64,000 nt of DNA, taken from assembly GCA_009843785.1 (NCBI GenBank), contig VYCT01000369.1, forward strand, positions 3,655-67,654, read 5' to 3'. Of the stretch, positions 52,793-61,957 are shown in pieces (the first letter of the stretch is position 1; the number at the start of each line of letters is the position of its first letter). The position numbers and the translations under genes were made by a program. The stretch is from Candidatus Poribacteria bacterium (GTDB lineage Bacteria > Poribacteria > WGA-4E > WGA-3G). Below the pieces are notes generated by a model. The model made no database searches and was not told the DNA's origin. It worked only from the letters and a program-made list of their open reading frames with translations.

Positions 52793-54388
52793 ATGGGTAA
52801 AGTTGTTGGTATCGATTTGGGAACAACGTTTTCAGCCATCGCACACATTGACGAACATGGAGAGCCAGAGATTATACCGAACGCCGAAAATGATCGGATG
52901 ACCCCTTCGGTGGTTATGTTTGAAGAGGACCTCGTCACGGTTGGGAAAATCGCCAAACAGAACGCCAGGGCAGTCCCCGAACAAATTGTCGAATTCGCCA
53001 AGCGCGAGATGGGAAAATCAAAAGAGACGTTTTTCCGCACCTTTGATGACAAGAACTATTCACCCGAAGAACTCTCCGCGCTGGTTTTGACGAAACTCAA
53101 ACAGGATGCCGAAGCCTATCTCAATACCGAAGTCACCGATGCTGTTATCACTGTTCCCGCCTATTTTCGCGATGCTGAACGTGAAGCCACACGCAACGCC
53201 GGTAAAATTGCTGGGTTGAACGTCTTGCAAGTATTGAACGAACCGACGGCGGCCGCGCTCGCTTACGGAATAGATCAACTCGGCACCGACCAGAACGTAT
53301 TTGTGTTCGACCTTGGCGGTGGCACATTCGATGTCACCCTTATGAGAGTCTCCCAATCCACGATACAGATGCTCGCGACGAACGGTGATCACAGGCTCGG
53401 TGGTAAAGATTGGGACGATAAAATTATTACCTATGTCGCCGAGATGTTTGAGATTGAACACGGCGAAAACCCATTACAGGACCTTCACGCGTACCAAGAC
53501 CTTCAACTTAATGCAATCGGCGCGAAAGAGTCTTTATCAAGGCGAGAAATCGCACGTATTGTTTGTGGATATAACGGTAAAACAACACTTGTAGAATTGA
53601 CGCGTGAAAAATTTCAGGAACTCACTGCAGAACTCCTCGAGAGATGCCGAGTCCTCTGCGACGTAGTCCTCTCTGAAGGCAACATGACATGGACAGATAT
53701 TGACACCGTACTGTTAGTAGGTGGATCCACCCGGATGCCAATGGTGCGAGAGATGATTGCCAACATGAGTGGTAAAGAGATCAACCCCAATGAAATCAAT
53801 CCTGACGAAGCTGTTGCTCTCGGTGCAGCGATTCAGGGGACACTCCGTCAAATCTCTGAAGGCGATGCGGCAACAGCAGATGTGTCTGACGCGGTTATCG
53901 AACGGTTCATCGGACCGGACGGCGCGCCTAAAGTGACCGTGACCGATGGTGCCACGCATAACCTTGGGCTTGTTGTGCTTAACACAGCGCGCGAGTCTAT
54001 TATTCACGTCATGATCCCGAAAATGACCGCCGTCCCCTGTGAGATGGCAGACCAGTTTGGAACAGTAGAAAACAACCAAGGTTCGGTCTTGATTGAGGTT
54101 GTCCAGAGCCTTGAACAGGATCAACGCAAGGCTGAGATAGACCTGTTTGACCAATATAAATTGGGTGAATGTACCCTTGAACTCCCGCCAGGGCTACCAG
54201 AAGGATCGCCGATTCATGTTACTTACAAATACAACTTAGACCAAGTACTTGAGGTGACAGCAAAATCCCTTAGTAGGGCTGGCGCAAGAGCCGTTTATGA
54301 TGTCTTTACCATCATTAAGCGACCGACGCTTGACGATGATAGCGTTGCAAAGGCGCGAACAGATCTACAAGATTTGACAGTTGAGTAA
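52793..54388 (+). CDS. Hsp70-family ATPase lacking the C-terminal helical lid
   Basis: VGIDLGTTFS, VITVPAYF...NEPTAAALAYG, VFDLGGGTFDV and LLVGGSTRMPMV form an intact actin-like NBD. A beta-sandwich SBD-like region follows (NQGSVLIEVVQS...GSPIHVTYKYNLDQVLEVTA). The protein ends at 531 aa, with no SBD-alpha or EEVD. Confidence 0.85.
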   Translation: MGKVVGIDLGTTFSAIAHIDEHGEPEIIPNAENDRMTPSVVMFEEDLVTVGKIAKQNARAVPEQIVEFAKREMGKSKETFFRTFDDKNYSPEELSALVLTKLKQDAEAYLNTEVTDAVITVPAYFRDAEREATRNAGKIAGLNVLQVLNEPTAAALAYGIDQLGTDQNVFVFDLGGGTFDVTLMRVSQSTIQMLATNGDHRLGGKDWDDKIITYVAEMFEIEHGENPLQDLHAYQDLQLNAIGAKESLSRREIARIVCGYNGKTTLVELTREKFQELTAELLERCRVLCDVVLSEGNMTWTDIDTVLLVGGSTRMPMVREMIANMSGKEINPNEINPDEAVALGAAIQGTLRQISEGDAATADVSDAVIERFIGPDGAPKVTVTDGATHNLGLVVLNTARESIIHVMIPKMTAVPCEMADQFGTVENNQGSVLIEVVQSLEQDQRKAEIDLFDQYKLGECTLELPPGLPEGSPIHVTYKYNLDQVLEVTAKSLSRAGARAVYDVFTIIKRPTLDDDSVAKARTDLQDLTVE

Positions 54389-54478
54389 CCCGAATTACTA
54401 ACATATAATAGCGTTTCTGGTAGCAGCAATTTATGATTTCAATTCTCAACACCTTTGCATACACACAAGGACTACAGT

Positions 54479-55699
54479 ATGTCCAAACGCGATGAATTCA
54501 TTACAGTTATCCGCACACTGAAGGCGGCTTCGCCGACCATTACTGACAAACAACGCATCGGGCTTCTCCAACAAGCCACCCAGAATTACGGGCTTTCTGC
54601 TCAGGAAGCCACCGAAATTCTGAAAGATTTAGATTTGGTTGTCGGCGAGGGGGTAAACTACTTTGACGTTTTGGGATTTTCGATTGAAGAGATCCAAAGC
54701 CTCAACGAGAATGCCATCGTCAATCTCGTTGAGGCTGCTCACAAGAAACGCTATAGCGCGTCGTTACGCGCAGGTGGACGCATCCGATCTGATGGCAAAA
54801 CAGAAGAACAGTGGCGGACTCTTTTGAATCGAGCATGCGATACCCTCAAAAATCCTCAACAGAGACGAAAACACATCGATTCACTTAAAAACGAGAGACA
54901 CGCACGACACACTGAATTAACAGGTTCAGTACCTGATGACATGGCACTCATCCCGGCAGGTGAGTTTCTCATGGGCAGCAATGACGACGAAGCCCACAAA
55001 GACGAAAAACCGGTGCATACCGTTTATCTCGATGCATTCTATATGGACATACACCCAGTAACCAATGCACAATACAAGGCATTTGTGGATGCAAATCCAC
55101 AGTGGAGCAAACCGGAGATGCTCACAGAACACATTTGGACAAAATACCACGATGGCTATTACCTACATCATTGGTATACAGATAACTATCCTTTCATAAT
55201 AGGTGACCATCCAGTTGTTCATGTCAGTTGGTATGCGGCGATGGCTTATGCGCAATGGGTAGGTAAACGGCTGCCAACAGAGGCAGAATGGGAGAAGGCA
55301 GCACGTGGTGGGTTAATGAACCAAAAATACGCGTGCGGAAATTCAATAGATGAAAGTAAGGCGAATTATGGTAGAAATGTTGATGAAACTACGCCTATAG
55401 CGAAGTATGCTGAGAACGGCTACGGTTTGTACGATATGACAGGTAACGTATTTGAGTGGTGTTTGGATAAATGGGATAAGAATTTCTATAGGTCTTCGCC
55501 ACGCAACAACCCCGTTTCCGACCATAGCATAATAGGTATCATAAACAATTTCACAAAAACCAAGGCGTTTCGTGTCTTGCGTGGAGGCTCTTGGTATAAT
55601 AAAGTACACAACGTGCGCGTTGCTGCTCGCACCGCGGCACACCCAACGTACGCGAACAGCCACCTCGGTTTTCGTTGTGTGATGGATGTGACACCTTAA
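54479..55699 (+). CDS. J-like domain / FGE-sulfatase-fold (SUMF1/PvdO-type) fusion protein, paralog 1
   Basis: NYFDVLGFS...KKRYSASLRAGGRIRSDGKTEEQWRTLLNRACDTLKNPQQRR is J-like without HPD. PAGEFLMGS, EKPVHTVYLDAFYMD.HPVTNAQYKAF, HPVVHVSWY.AMAYAQW.GKRLPTEAEWEKAARGG, GNVFEW, RVLRGGSW and LGFRCV indicate an FGE-sulfatase fold. Confidence 0.8.
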   Translation: MSKRDEFITVIRTLKAASPTITDKQRIGLLQQATQNYGLSAQEATEILKDLDLVVGEGVNYFDVLGFSIEEIQSLNENAIVNLVEAAHKKRYSASLRAGGRIRSDGKTEEQWRTLLNRACDTLKNPQQRRKHIDSLKNERHARHTELTGSVPDDMALIPAGEFLMGSNDDEAHKDEKPVHTVYLDAFYMDIHPVTNAQYKAFVDANPQWSKPEMLTEHIWTKYHDGYYLHHWYTDNYPFIIGDHPVVHVSWYAAMAYAQWVGKRLPTEAEWEKAARGGLMNQKYACGNSIDESKANYGRNVDETTPIAKYAENGYGLYDMTGNVFEWCLDKWDKNFYRSSPRNNPVSDHSIIGIINNFTKTKAFRVLRGGSWYNKVHNVRVAARTAAHPTYANSHLGFRCVMDVTP

Positions 55700-55775
55700 C
55701 TCTTCATTCATTTACCATTTTTGCCATTTTTGATATGCTCGCAAATCCGAATAATGCTTAGAAAAGGAATAACAC

Positions 55776-57077
55776 GTGTCCAAACGTGAGGAATTTATAG
55801 CATTTATTAACACACTCAAAACGGTTTCACCGGCTATTACGGATGAACAACGGATTGGACTCCTCAGGCAGGCAGGACAACAGTACGGTCTTACTGTAGA
55901 TGCGGCGACTGAAATTTTGAAAGCATCGGGTTTAGTTATTGGTCAAGGTGTAAACTATTTTGAGGTACTCGGGCTTTCAATCGCAGAAATTCAAAACCGA
56001 AGTGAAACGGGCATCACAACTCTCGTTGAGACAGCACACAAAACACGCTATAGCGCATCGTTACGTGCCGGTGCTCGCCTCCGACCAGACGGTAAAACAG
56101 AAGAGCAGTGGCGGATGCTTTTGAATGAAGCACGCGATACCTTGATAGATGCCAAAAGACGACGCGAACACATCAACGCACTCGAACACGATGAAGCCGA
56201 CATATCTGTAGAAGAAAATGTGGATATCCTTCTCAAATCCGCTGACATCCCTGAAACTATGATTCAGGAATTAAGACACAACGGTGTTACAAGTGATGTT
56301 GATGCCCCTGCTGACATGGTATTCATCCCGGCGGGTGAGTTCCAGATGGGAAGTAGGGACGAGAAGGCAAGCGATAGTGAAAAGCCCGTACATACTGTTT
56401 ACGTTGACGCATTTTACATGGATAAATATTTGGTAACCAACGAACAATACAAGGCTTTTCTGGACGAAAACCCGCAATGGCGCAAGCCACAATTGTTCAA
56501 AGATCGTATCCCTACCGAGTATCATGACGGTGCCTATTTGAACCATTGGGACAGAACCACTTATCCAAAAGGGGAAATCTATCATCCCGTTACGAAGGTA
56601 GGCTGGTATGCAGCGATGGCATACGCGCAATGGATAGGCAAACGGCTTCCAACGGAAGCAGAATGGGAAAAAGCTGCACGCGGTGGCTTGGACGGAAAAC
56701 AATACCCTTGGGGCGATGCAGTAGATCTGAACAAGGCAAATTACGCTTATAATGCACATGGAACCACCCCGGTTGGACGCTACCCCGCGAACGGGTACGG
56801 TCTACATGACATGAGTGGCAACGTCTGGGAATGGTGCCTCGATGCGTATGACGCGGACTTCTATATGAATTCGCCGCGTCGGAACCCGTTTTCCGGTACG
56901 AACACCCCGGAATGGGTAACAGCCAATTTTAGAAGCATTCAATCTGCTCGCGTGTTGCGCGGCGGTTCTTGGCTGATGGATCCGCAAGGTATCCGAGTTG
57001 CTTACCGATTTAGAGGGAGTCCATCAGACACACACTCCGCCTTTGGGTTCCGTTGTGTCATCCCCATGAATCCTTAA
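55776..57077 (+). CDS. J-like domain / FGE-sulfatase-fold fusion protein, paralog 2 (GTG start)
   Basis: Same architecture: NYFEVLGLS...KTRYSASLRAGARLRPDGKTEEQWRMLLNEARDTL, PAGEFQMGS, RLPTEAEWEKAARGG, RVLRGGSW, FGFRCV. Confidence 0.8.
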   Translation: MSKREEFIAFINTLKTVSPAITDEQRIGLLRQAGQQYGLTVDAATEILKASGLVIGQGVNYFEVLGLSIAEIQNRSETGITTLVETAHKTRYSASLRAGARLRPDGKTEEQWRMLLNEARDTLIDAKRRREHINALEHDEADISVEENVDILLKSADIPETMIQELRHNGVTSDVDAPADMVFIPAGEFQMGSRDEKASDSEKPVHTVYVDAFYMDKYLVTNEQYKAFLDENPQWRKPQLFKDRIPTEYHDGAYLNHWDRTTYPKGEIYHPVTKVGWYAAMAYAQWIGKRLPTEAEWEKAARGGLDGKQYPWGDAVDLNKANYAYNAHGTTPVGRYPANGYGLHDMSGNVWEWCLDAYDADFYMNSPRRNPFSGTNTPEWVTANFRSIQSARVLRGGSWLMDPQGIRVAYRFRGSPSDTHSAFGFRCVIPMNP

Positions 57078-57145
57078 ATTTCTACTGCTTCATGCCTTCG
57101 GATCCGCTTGCGAATTCAGCATATCACTAAAAGGTAAACAGAGAC

Positions 57146-58483
57146 ATGTCCAGACGCGATGAGTTCATTACAGTCATCAACACATTTAAAACTGTCTCAC
57201 CAACTATTACGGATGAACAACGTATCGGACTCTTGAGACAAGCCGTTCAGAATTATGAACTTTCTATCGAGGAAGCCTCTGAAGTTCTGACGGCTTTGGG
57301 CTTGGTTGTCGGAGAAGAGGTAAACTATTTTGAGGTTTTAGGTTTTTCAATTGAAGTGATTCAGAAGTTAGATGAAGACGCTATTGTGAGTTTAATTGAG
57401 ACGGCTCATAAGAAATTTTATAGCACGTCGTTGCGTGCCGGTGCTCGTGTCCGTCCAGATGGCAGAACAGAAGAACAGTGGCGACACATCCTGAACCAAG
57501 CGCGCGATACTTTGAAAGATCCGGAAAAAAGAGAAGAATACCTCACAACCCTAACATCTCAGGAAGATGTCCATGAGAAGACATCCCTCGACACAGAACC
57601 CATATCGATAAACACACCTGAAACTGATGCAGCGTCAATACTTTCAGTAAACACATTGCAGCATGCGGAGCCGATGGCGCCAGCGACACCTGAGATCATC
57701 TCTGCACCAACACTTTCAAATGTTAATGTACCTGCTGACATGGTCATCATTCCTGCAAGTGAATTTCTGATGGGAAGCAATGACACAGACGCAAATAACA
57801 GTGAAAAGCCTGTCCATCCTGCTTACATTGACGCATTCTTTATCGATAAACATCTGGTGACCAACGCGCAATACAAAGCATTCCTTGATGCCAACCCACA
57901 ATGGCAGAAAGGCAATATGCTGACGGACTATCACAACGGTAATTATCTGAGAACTTGGAATGGAAACAACTATCCTACGGATAAAGCGAATCACCCTGTT
58001 GTGTATGTAAGTTGGTACGCAGCGATGGCTTACGCGCTATGGGTAGAAAAGCGTTTACCAACGGAGGCGGAATGGGAAAAAGCTGCACGTGGTGGCTTAA
58101 CTGGCAAAAAATATCCGTGGGGAGATCAGATTGACACGACAAGAGCAAACTACGGTGAGAACATTGGACAGACAACGCCTATCGGTGAATATCCGCCTAA
58201 TGATTATGGTCTGTATGACATCGTGGGTAACGTGTGGGAATGGTGTATTGATGAACATATTTTGGATTTTTATGCCAATTCACCATACCAAAATCCGATT
58301 GCTGACAATGATATAAACTACGTGCTTACCAATTTTACAACTCTTAAAACTTACCGCGTGTTACGCGGGGGTTCTTGGATGAGCATACCCCGGTACGTAC
58401 GCGTTGCCCCGCGTTTCAGATTTTCGCCCGCACACTCGATTCACAACGTCGGTTTTCGCTGCGTAAGGACTATCTCTCTTTAA
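57146..58483 (+). CDS. J-like domain / FGE-sulfatase-fold fusion protein, paralog 3 (longest linker)
   Basis: NYFEVLGFS...KKFYSTSLRAGARVRPDGRTEEQWRHILNQARDTLKDPEKREEY, then a Pro/Thr/Ser linker, then PASEFLMGS, RLPTEAEWEKAARGG, RVLRGGSW and VGFRCV. Confidence 0.8.
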   Translation: MSRRDEFITVINTFKTVSPTITDEQRIGLLRQAVQNYELSIEEASEVLTALGLVVGEEVNYFEVLGFSIEVIQKLDEDAIVSLIETAHKKFYSTSLRAGARVRPDGRTEEQWRHILNQARDTLKDPEKREEYLTTLTSQEDVHEKTSLDTEPISINTPETDAASILSVNTLQHAEPMAPATPEIISAPTLSNVNVPADMVIIPASEFLMGSNDTDANNSEKPVHPAYIDAFFIDKHLVTNAQYKAFLDANPQWQKGNMLTDYHNGNYLRTWNGNNYPTDKANHPVVYVSWYAAMAYALWVEKRLPTEAEWEKAARGGLTGKKYPWGDQIDTTRANYGENIGQTTPIGEYPPNDYGLYDIVGNVWEWCIDEHILDFYANSPYQNPIADNDINYVLTNFTTLKTYRVLRGGSWMSIPRYVRVAPRFRFSPAHSIHNVGFRCVRTISL

Positions 58484-58543
58484 ATACCTATTCTTCTCCA
58501 TTTTCAATGCGCGATTGCAGACGGAAATTAGCCATCAACTGTT

Positions 58544-58572
58544 TTGACAGTATAATCTTTATCTGGTATAAT
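58544..58572 (+). promoter_or_regulatory. Consensus sigma70-type promoter TTGACA-17 nt-TATAAT
   Basis: TTGACA at 58544-58549 and TATAAT at 58567-58572, about 105 nt upstream of the GH95 start. Confidence 0.65.
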
Positions 58573-58681
58573 GGTTCAGCATCAATATCCAATACATATT
58601 ATTTTCAGAAATCATTTTAGGAAATTCACATTCGGCACAAAACCTCGATCAGAAGCTTGAAACTATTAAAGGGATTTATTA

Positions 58682-60979
58682 ATGACAAACACAGATAATC
58701 TTGTTTTATGGTATCAGAAACCAGCCGAAGCATGGACAGACGCGCTCCCCCTCGGAAATGGGCGGCTCGGTGCTATGGTGTTCGGCGGCGTAGAACGCGA
58801 ACGCATTCAACTCAACGAAGATACCCTTTGGGATGGCGGCCCCCGAGATACCAATAATCCAAAGGCTTTGGCAGCACTCCCGAAGGTGCAACAACTCCTT
58901 TTCGAGGATAAAAATGAAGAAGCAACGCAACTTGCCGGAGAAACGATGCTCGGAGTCCCCGAACGCATCAAATCCTACCAGTCTCTCGGCGATCTGTTCC
59001 TCGAATTCTCACACAAGGGTGCAACACACTATCGCCGCGAACTTGATTTAAACACCGGCATCGCAAAAACAGCATATCGCTGCGGCGATGTCACTTTCAC
59101 AAGAGAAGCCTTCGCGACAGCCGTAGATAACCTCATCGTTATCAGAATCGAAGCTGACGCGACCGAACACATCGGTTTTGATATAACGATGACACGCGAA
59201 CAGGATGCCAGCGTCGAAGCAATCGCCGCCAATATCCTTCGACTTGACGGACAGTGTGGCGATGACGGGGTACGGTTTTCAGCCTATCTACAAGTGCATA
59301 CCGAAGGCGGAAAAGTCGAGTCAACAGGAGATAGCCTGTCTGTCAATGGTGCCGATGCTGTTACGCTCTTTCTCTCCGCGGCAACCAGCTACGTCCATCA
59401 GACGGATACAAGCGGAAATCCACACGCGCTTTGCGAAAATTATCTGACAAATATTGATACAAGACCTTATGCAGATATTCGGGACGATCACATCGCTGAA
59501 CATCAATACTTCTTCCAACGCGTTGATTTAGACCTCGGCTCCACAGAGGCAGTTAATCTCCCGACTGATCAACGGTTAACTGCAGTCAAAGCAGGTGCGT
59601 CAGATCCAGCACTCATCGTACTTTATTTTCAATATGGACGCTATCTGCTGATGGGAAGTTCGCGACCCGGGTGCCTCCCCGCCAATCTGCAAGGCATCTG
59701 GAACGAGCACATGAACGCACCTTGGAACAGCGATTTCCATACCAATATCAACCTCCAAATGAACTATTGGGTCCCCGAAATTTGTAACCTCCCGGAGTGC
59801 CATACCCCCTTGTTTGACTACATGGACACACTCGTTGAACCGGGGAACCGGACAGCCAAAATCCATTACGGTGCTGATGGCTGGGTCGTTCACCATCTCT
59901 CTGATATTTGGGGTTTCACAACGCCCGCTGATGGTATTTGGGGGATTTCGCCTGTCGGTGCTGCATGGTTATGTGAACATGTGTGGGAACACTACCTTTT
60001 CGGCGGTGATAAGGATTTTCTGATTGAACAAGGTTACGCCTTGATGAAAGGTGCCGCTCGCTTCATGCTCGACTTCCTCGTTGAAGCCCCGGAAGGCACA
60101 CCTTTTCCTGGGAAACTCGTCACCAATCCGTCGCACTCACCGGAAAATAGCTTTCTGAAACCAGACGGCACGCGCTCCCTCTTCACCTATGCCGCAACAA
60201 TCGATCTGGAAATTATACATGAACTCTTCACGAACTGCATCGCTTGCATTGATGTCCTCGGAGAAGATGCGGAATTCCGCGCTGAGTTGGTCTCCGCTTT
60301 AGAACGGCTTGCACCGCTCCAGATTAGCGAAAAAACAGGACGACTACAGGAATGGGTGTTCGATTATGACGAACCGGAGCCGGGGCATCGGCACATGTCG
60401 CACATGTATGGCCTCCATCCGAGTTGTCAGATTACACTGCGCGGGACACCTGAACTGGCAGCGGCTGCTAAGAAATCGTTGGAATATCGGCTGGCACACG
60501 GCGGCGGACACACAGGGTGGAGCCGCGCATGGCTCATCAACTTCTGGGCGCGACTTGAAGATGCTGAAGAGGCATACACCCATCTCCAGGCACTTCTCGC
60601 GAAATGCACCTTGACGAACCTGTTTGATACACATCCACCGTTCCAGATTGACGGCAATTTCGGCGGAGTCTCCGGTATCGCGGAGATGCTGCTACACAGC
60701 CACGCCGGTGAGATTCACCTACTCCCCGCACTTCCGAAGGCATGGCGCACCGGACACGTCAAAGGCTTACGCGCCCGCGGCGGCTTTGAAGTGGATATGG
60801 CATGGGAGAATGGACAACTCACTGACGCACGACTTTATTCCACCTTAGGAAATGACTGTACTGTCCGAACAACAACTTCCGTTAGGGTGACATGTGACGG
60901 TCAATCGGTTGACACAGCGCAATCGGATTCGGTTATAACGTTTGGAACCGAGGCAGAGAAAACATATATCTTGGCGTGA
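58682..60979 (+). CDS. Glycoside hydrolase family 95 (alpha-L-fucosidase type)
   Basis: The N-terminal [42 protein letters not shown] is the hallmark GH95 start. The length (765 aa) and the NLQGIWN and [11 protein letters not shown] blocks also fit. Confidence 0.85.
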   Translation: MTNTDNLVLWYQKPAEAWTDALPLGNGRLGAMVFGGVERERIQLNEDTLWDGGPRDTNNPKALAALPKVQQLLFEDKNEEATQLAGETMLGVPERIKSYQSLGDLFLEFSHKGATHYRRELDLNTGIAKTAYRCGDVTFTREAFATAVDNLIVIRIEADATEHIGFDITMTREQDASVEAIAANILRLDGQCGDDGVRFSAYLQVHTEGGKVESTGDSLSVNGADAVTLFLSAATSYVHQTDTSGNPHALCENYLTNIDTRPYADIRDDHIAEHQYFFQRVDLDLGSTEAVNLPTDQRLTAVKAGASDPALIVLYFQYGRYLLMGSSRPGCLPANLQGIWNEHMNAPWNSDFHTNINLQMNYWVPEICNLPECHTPLFDYMDTLVEPGNRTAKIHYGADGWVVHHLSDIWGFTTPADGIWGISPVGAAWLCEHVWEHYLFGGDKDFLIEQGYALMKGAARFMLDFLVEAPEGTPFPGKLVTNPSHSPENSFLKPDGTRSLFTYAATIDLEIIHELFTNCIACIDVLGEDAEFRAELVSALERLAPLQISEKTGRLQEWVFDYDEPEPGHRHMSHMYGLHPSCQITLRGTPELAAAAKKSLEYRLAHGGGHTGWSRAWLINFWARLEDAEEAYTHLQALLAKCTLTNLFDTHPPFQIDGNFGGVSGIAEMLLHSHAGEIHLLPALPKAWRTGHVKGLRARGGFEVDMAWENGQLTDARLYSTLGNDCTVRTTTSVRVTCDGQSVDTAQSDSVITFGTEAEKTYILA

Positions 60980-60985
60980 GTCTGT

Positions 60986-61957
60986 TTATATGGATAAACG
61001 GGGTTGATCGCTATACTGTTTAATCCGTTCCTCCGCGAGCGTAATATACTTTTCCTCAATATCGTAACCGATATAATGGCGTCCCGATTTTAACGCACTC
61101 AAACACGTCGTGCCGCTGCCACAGAACGGATCCAAAACGACATCGCCAACGAAGGTATAGAGCTGGATTAACCGATGTGGCAGTGCCTCAGGAAAAGGCG
61201 CGGGATGTCCGATACGTTTCGCTGAAACAGCAGGAAACGTCCAGACGCTTTTTGTCCACTCCAAGAAGTCCTCTTTACAGATTGAATTCTCTTTTCCGTT
61301 GCGTTTTCGAGAGAAGGCATCTTTGGAGAAAACGAGGATGTACTCATGAACGTCTCTCAGCACCGGATTCGCCGCCGATAACCAACTGCCCCACGCCGTT
61401 GAACTCCCGGCACTTGAGGCTTTGTCCCAAATGATTTCACCCCGCATGTGATAGCCTATCGCTAACATGTCTTCTATGATGTAACTATGCAATGGGATGT
61501 AGGGTTTCCGACCTAAGTTGGCAATATTAATGCATGCCCTGCCGCCAGTGACCAATTTCTTATAGGTCTCGGCGAAGACAGCGTATAGAAGCTCTCTATA
61601 TTCCGCGAGCGACAGATCATCGTCATATTCCTTTTTGGCATTGTAAGGCGGGGACGTAACCATCAAGTGGACGCTTGCGTCCGGGATTTCGGACATCTGT
61701 GCGCTGGACGCACAATAGAGTCGATCAAGGTTTTCAGCAGGGATCGGGTTTTCAATCCATTCATCAGGCTCCGGCGGCTCCTGATCAGCGTAGAGCTTGC
61801 TCCCATAAAACGCACTCGCATCGAGATTAATTCTGCCGGATGTTCCAAACGCGCTCGTTTGCGTGCCATCTTTCCTGTTTTTACGATTACGTTCCATACG
61901 CTTTCTACCTGCGTTTGTCTGTTTTTTAATACTGGTCTGGAACCCAGAAGATGACAT
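60986..61957 (-). CDS. Beta-class DNA methyltransferase (N4-cytosine or N6-adenine; SPPY motif)
   Basis: Motif IV MVTSPPYNAKKEYDDD precedes motif I VLDPFCGSGTTCLSA, which is the beta-class order. The start is either 61957 (32-nt overlap with the GNAT gene) or the internal ATG at 61897. Confidence 0.8.
   Translation of the reverse strand: MSSSGFQTSIKKQTNAGRKRMERNRKNRKDGTQTSAFGTSGRINLDASAFYGSKLYADQEPPEPDEWIENPIPAENLDRLYCASSAQMSEIPDASVHLMVTSPPYNAKKEYDDDLSLAEYRELLYAVFAETYKKLVTGGRACINIANLGRKPYIPLHSYIIEDMLAIGYHMRGEIIWDKASSAGSSTAWGSWLSAANPVLRDVHEYILVFSKDAFSRKRNGKENSICKEDFLEWTKSVWTFPAVSAKRIGHPAPFPEALPHRLIQLYTFVGDVVLDPFCGSGTTCLSALKSGRHYIGYDIEEKYITLAEERIKQYSDQPRLSI

Noticed and set aside
50502-58483. 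That the three FGE-fold genes plus Hsp70 are simply the maturation machinery for the neighbouring Cys-type sulfatase
   Set aside because: All three domains lack the cysteine pair needed for formylglycine formation, so catalytic FGE function is unlikely. A non-catalytic escort role cannot be excluded and is mentioned in the findings.
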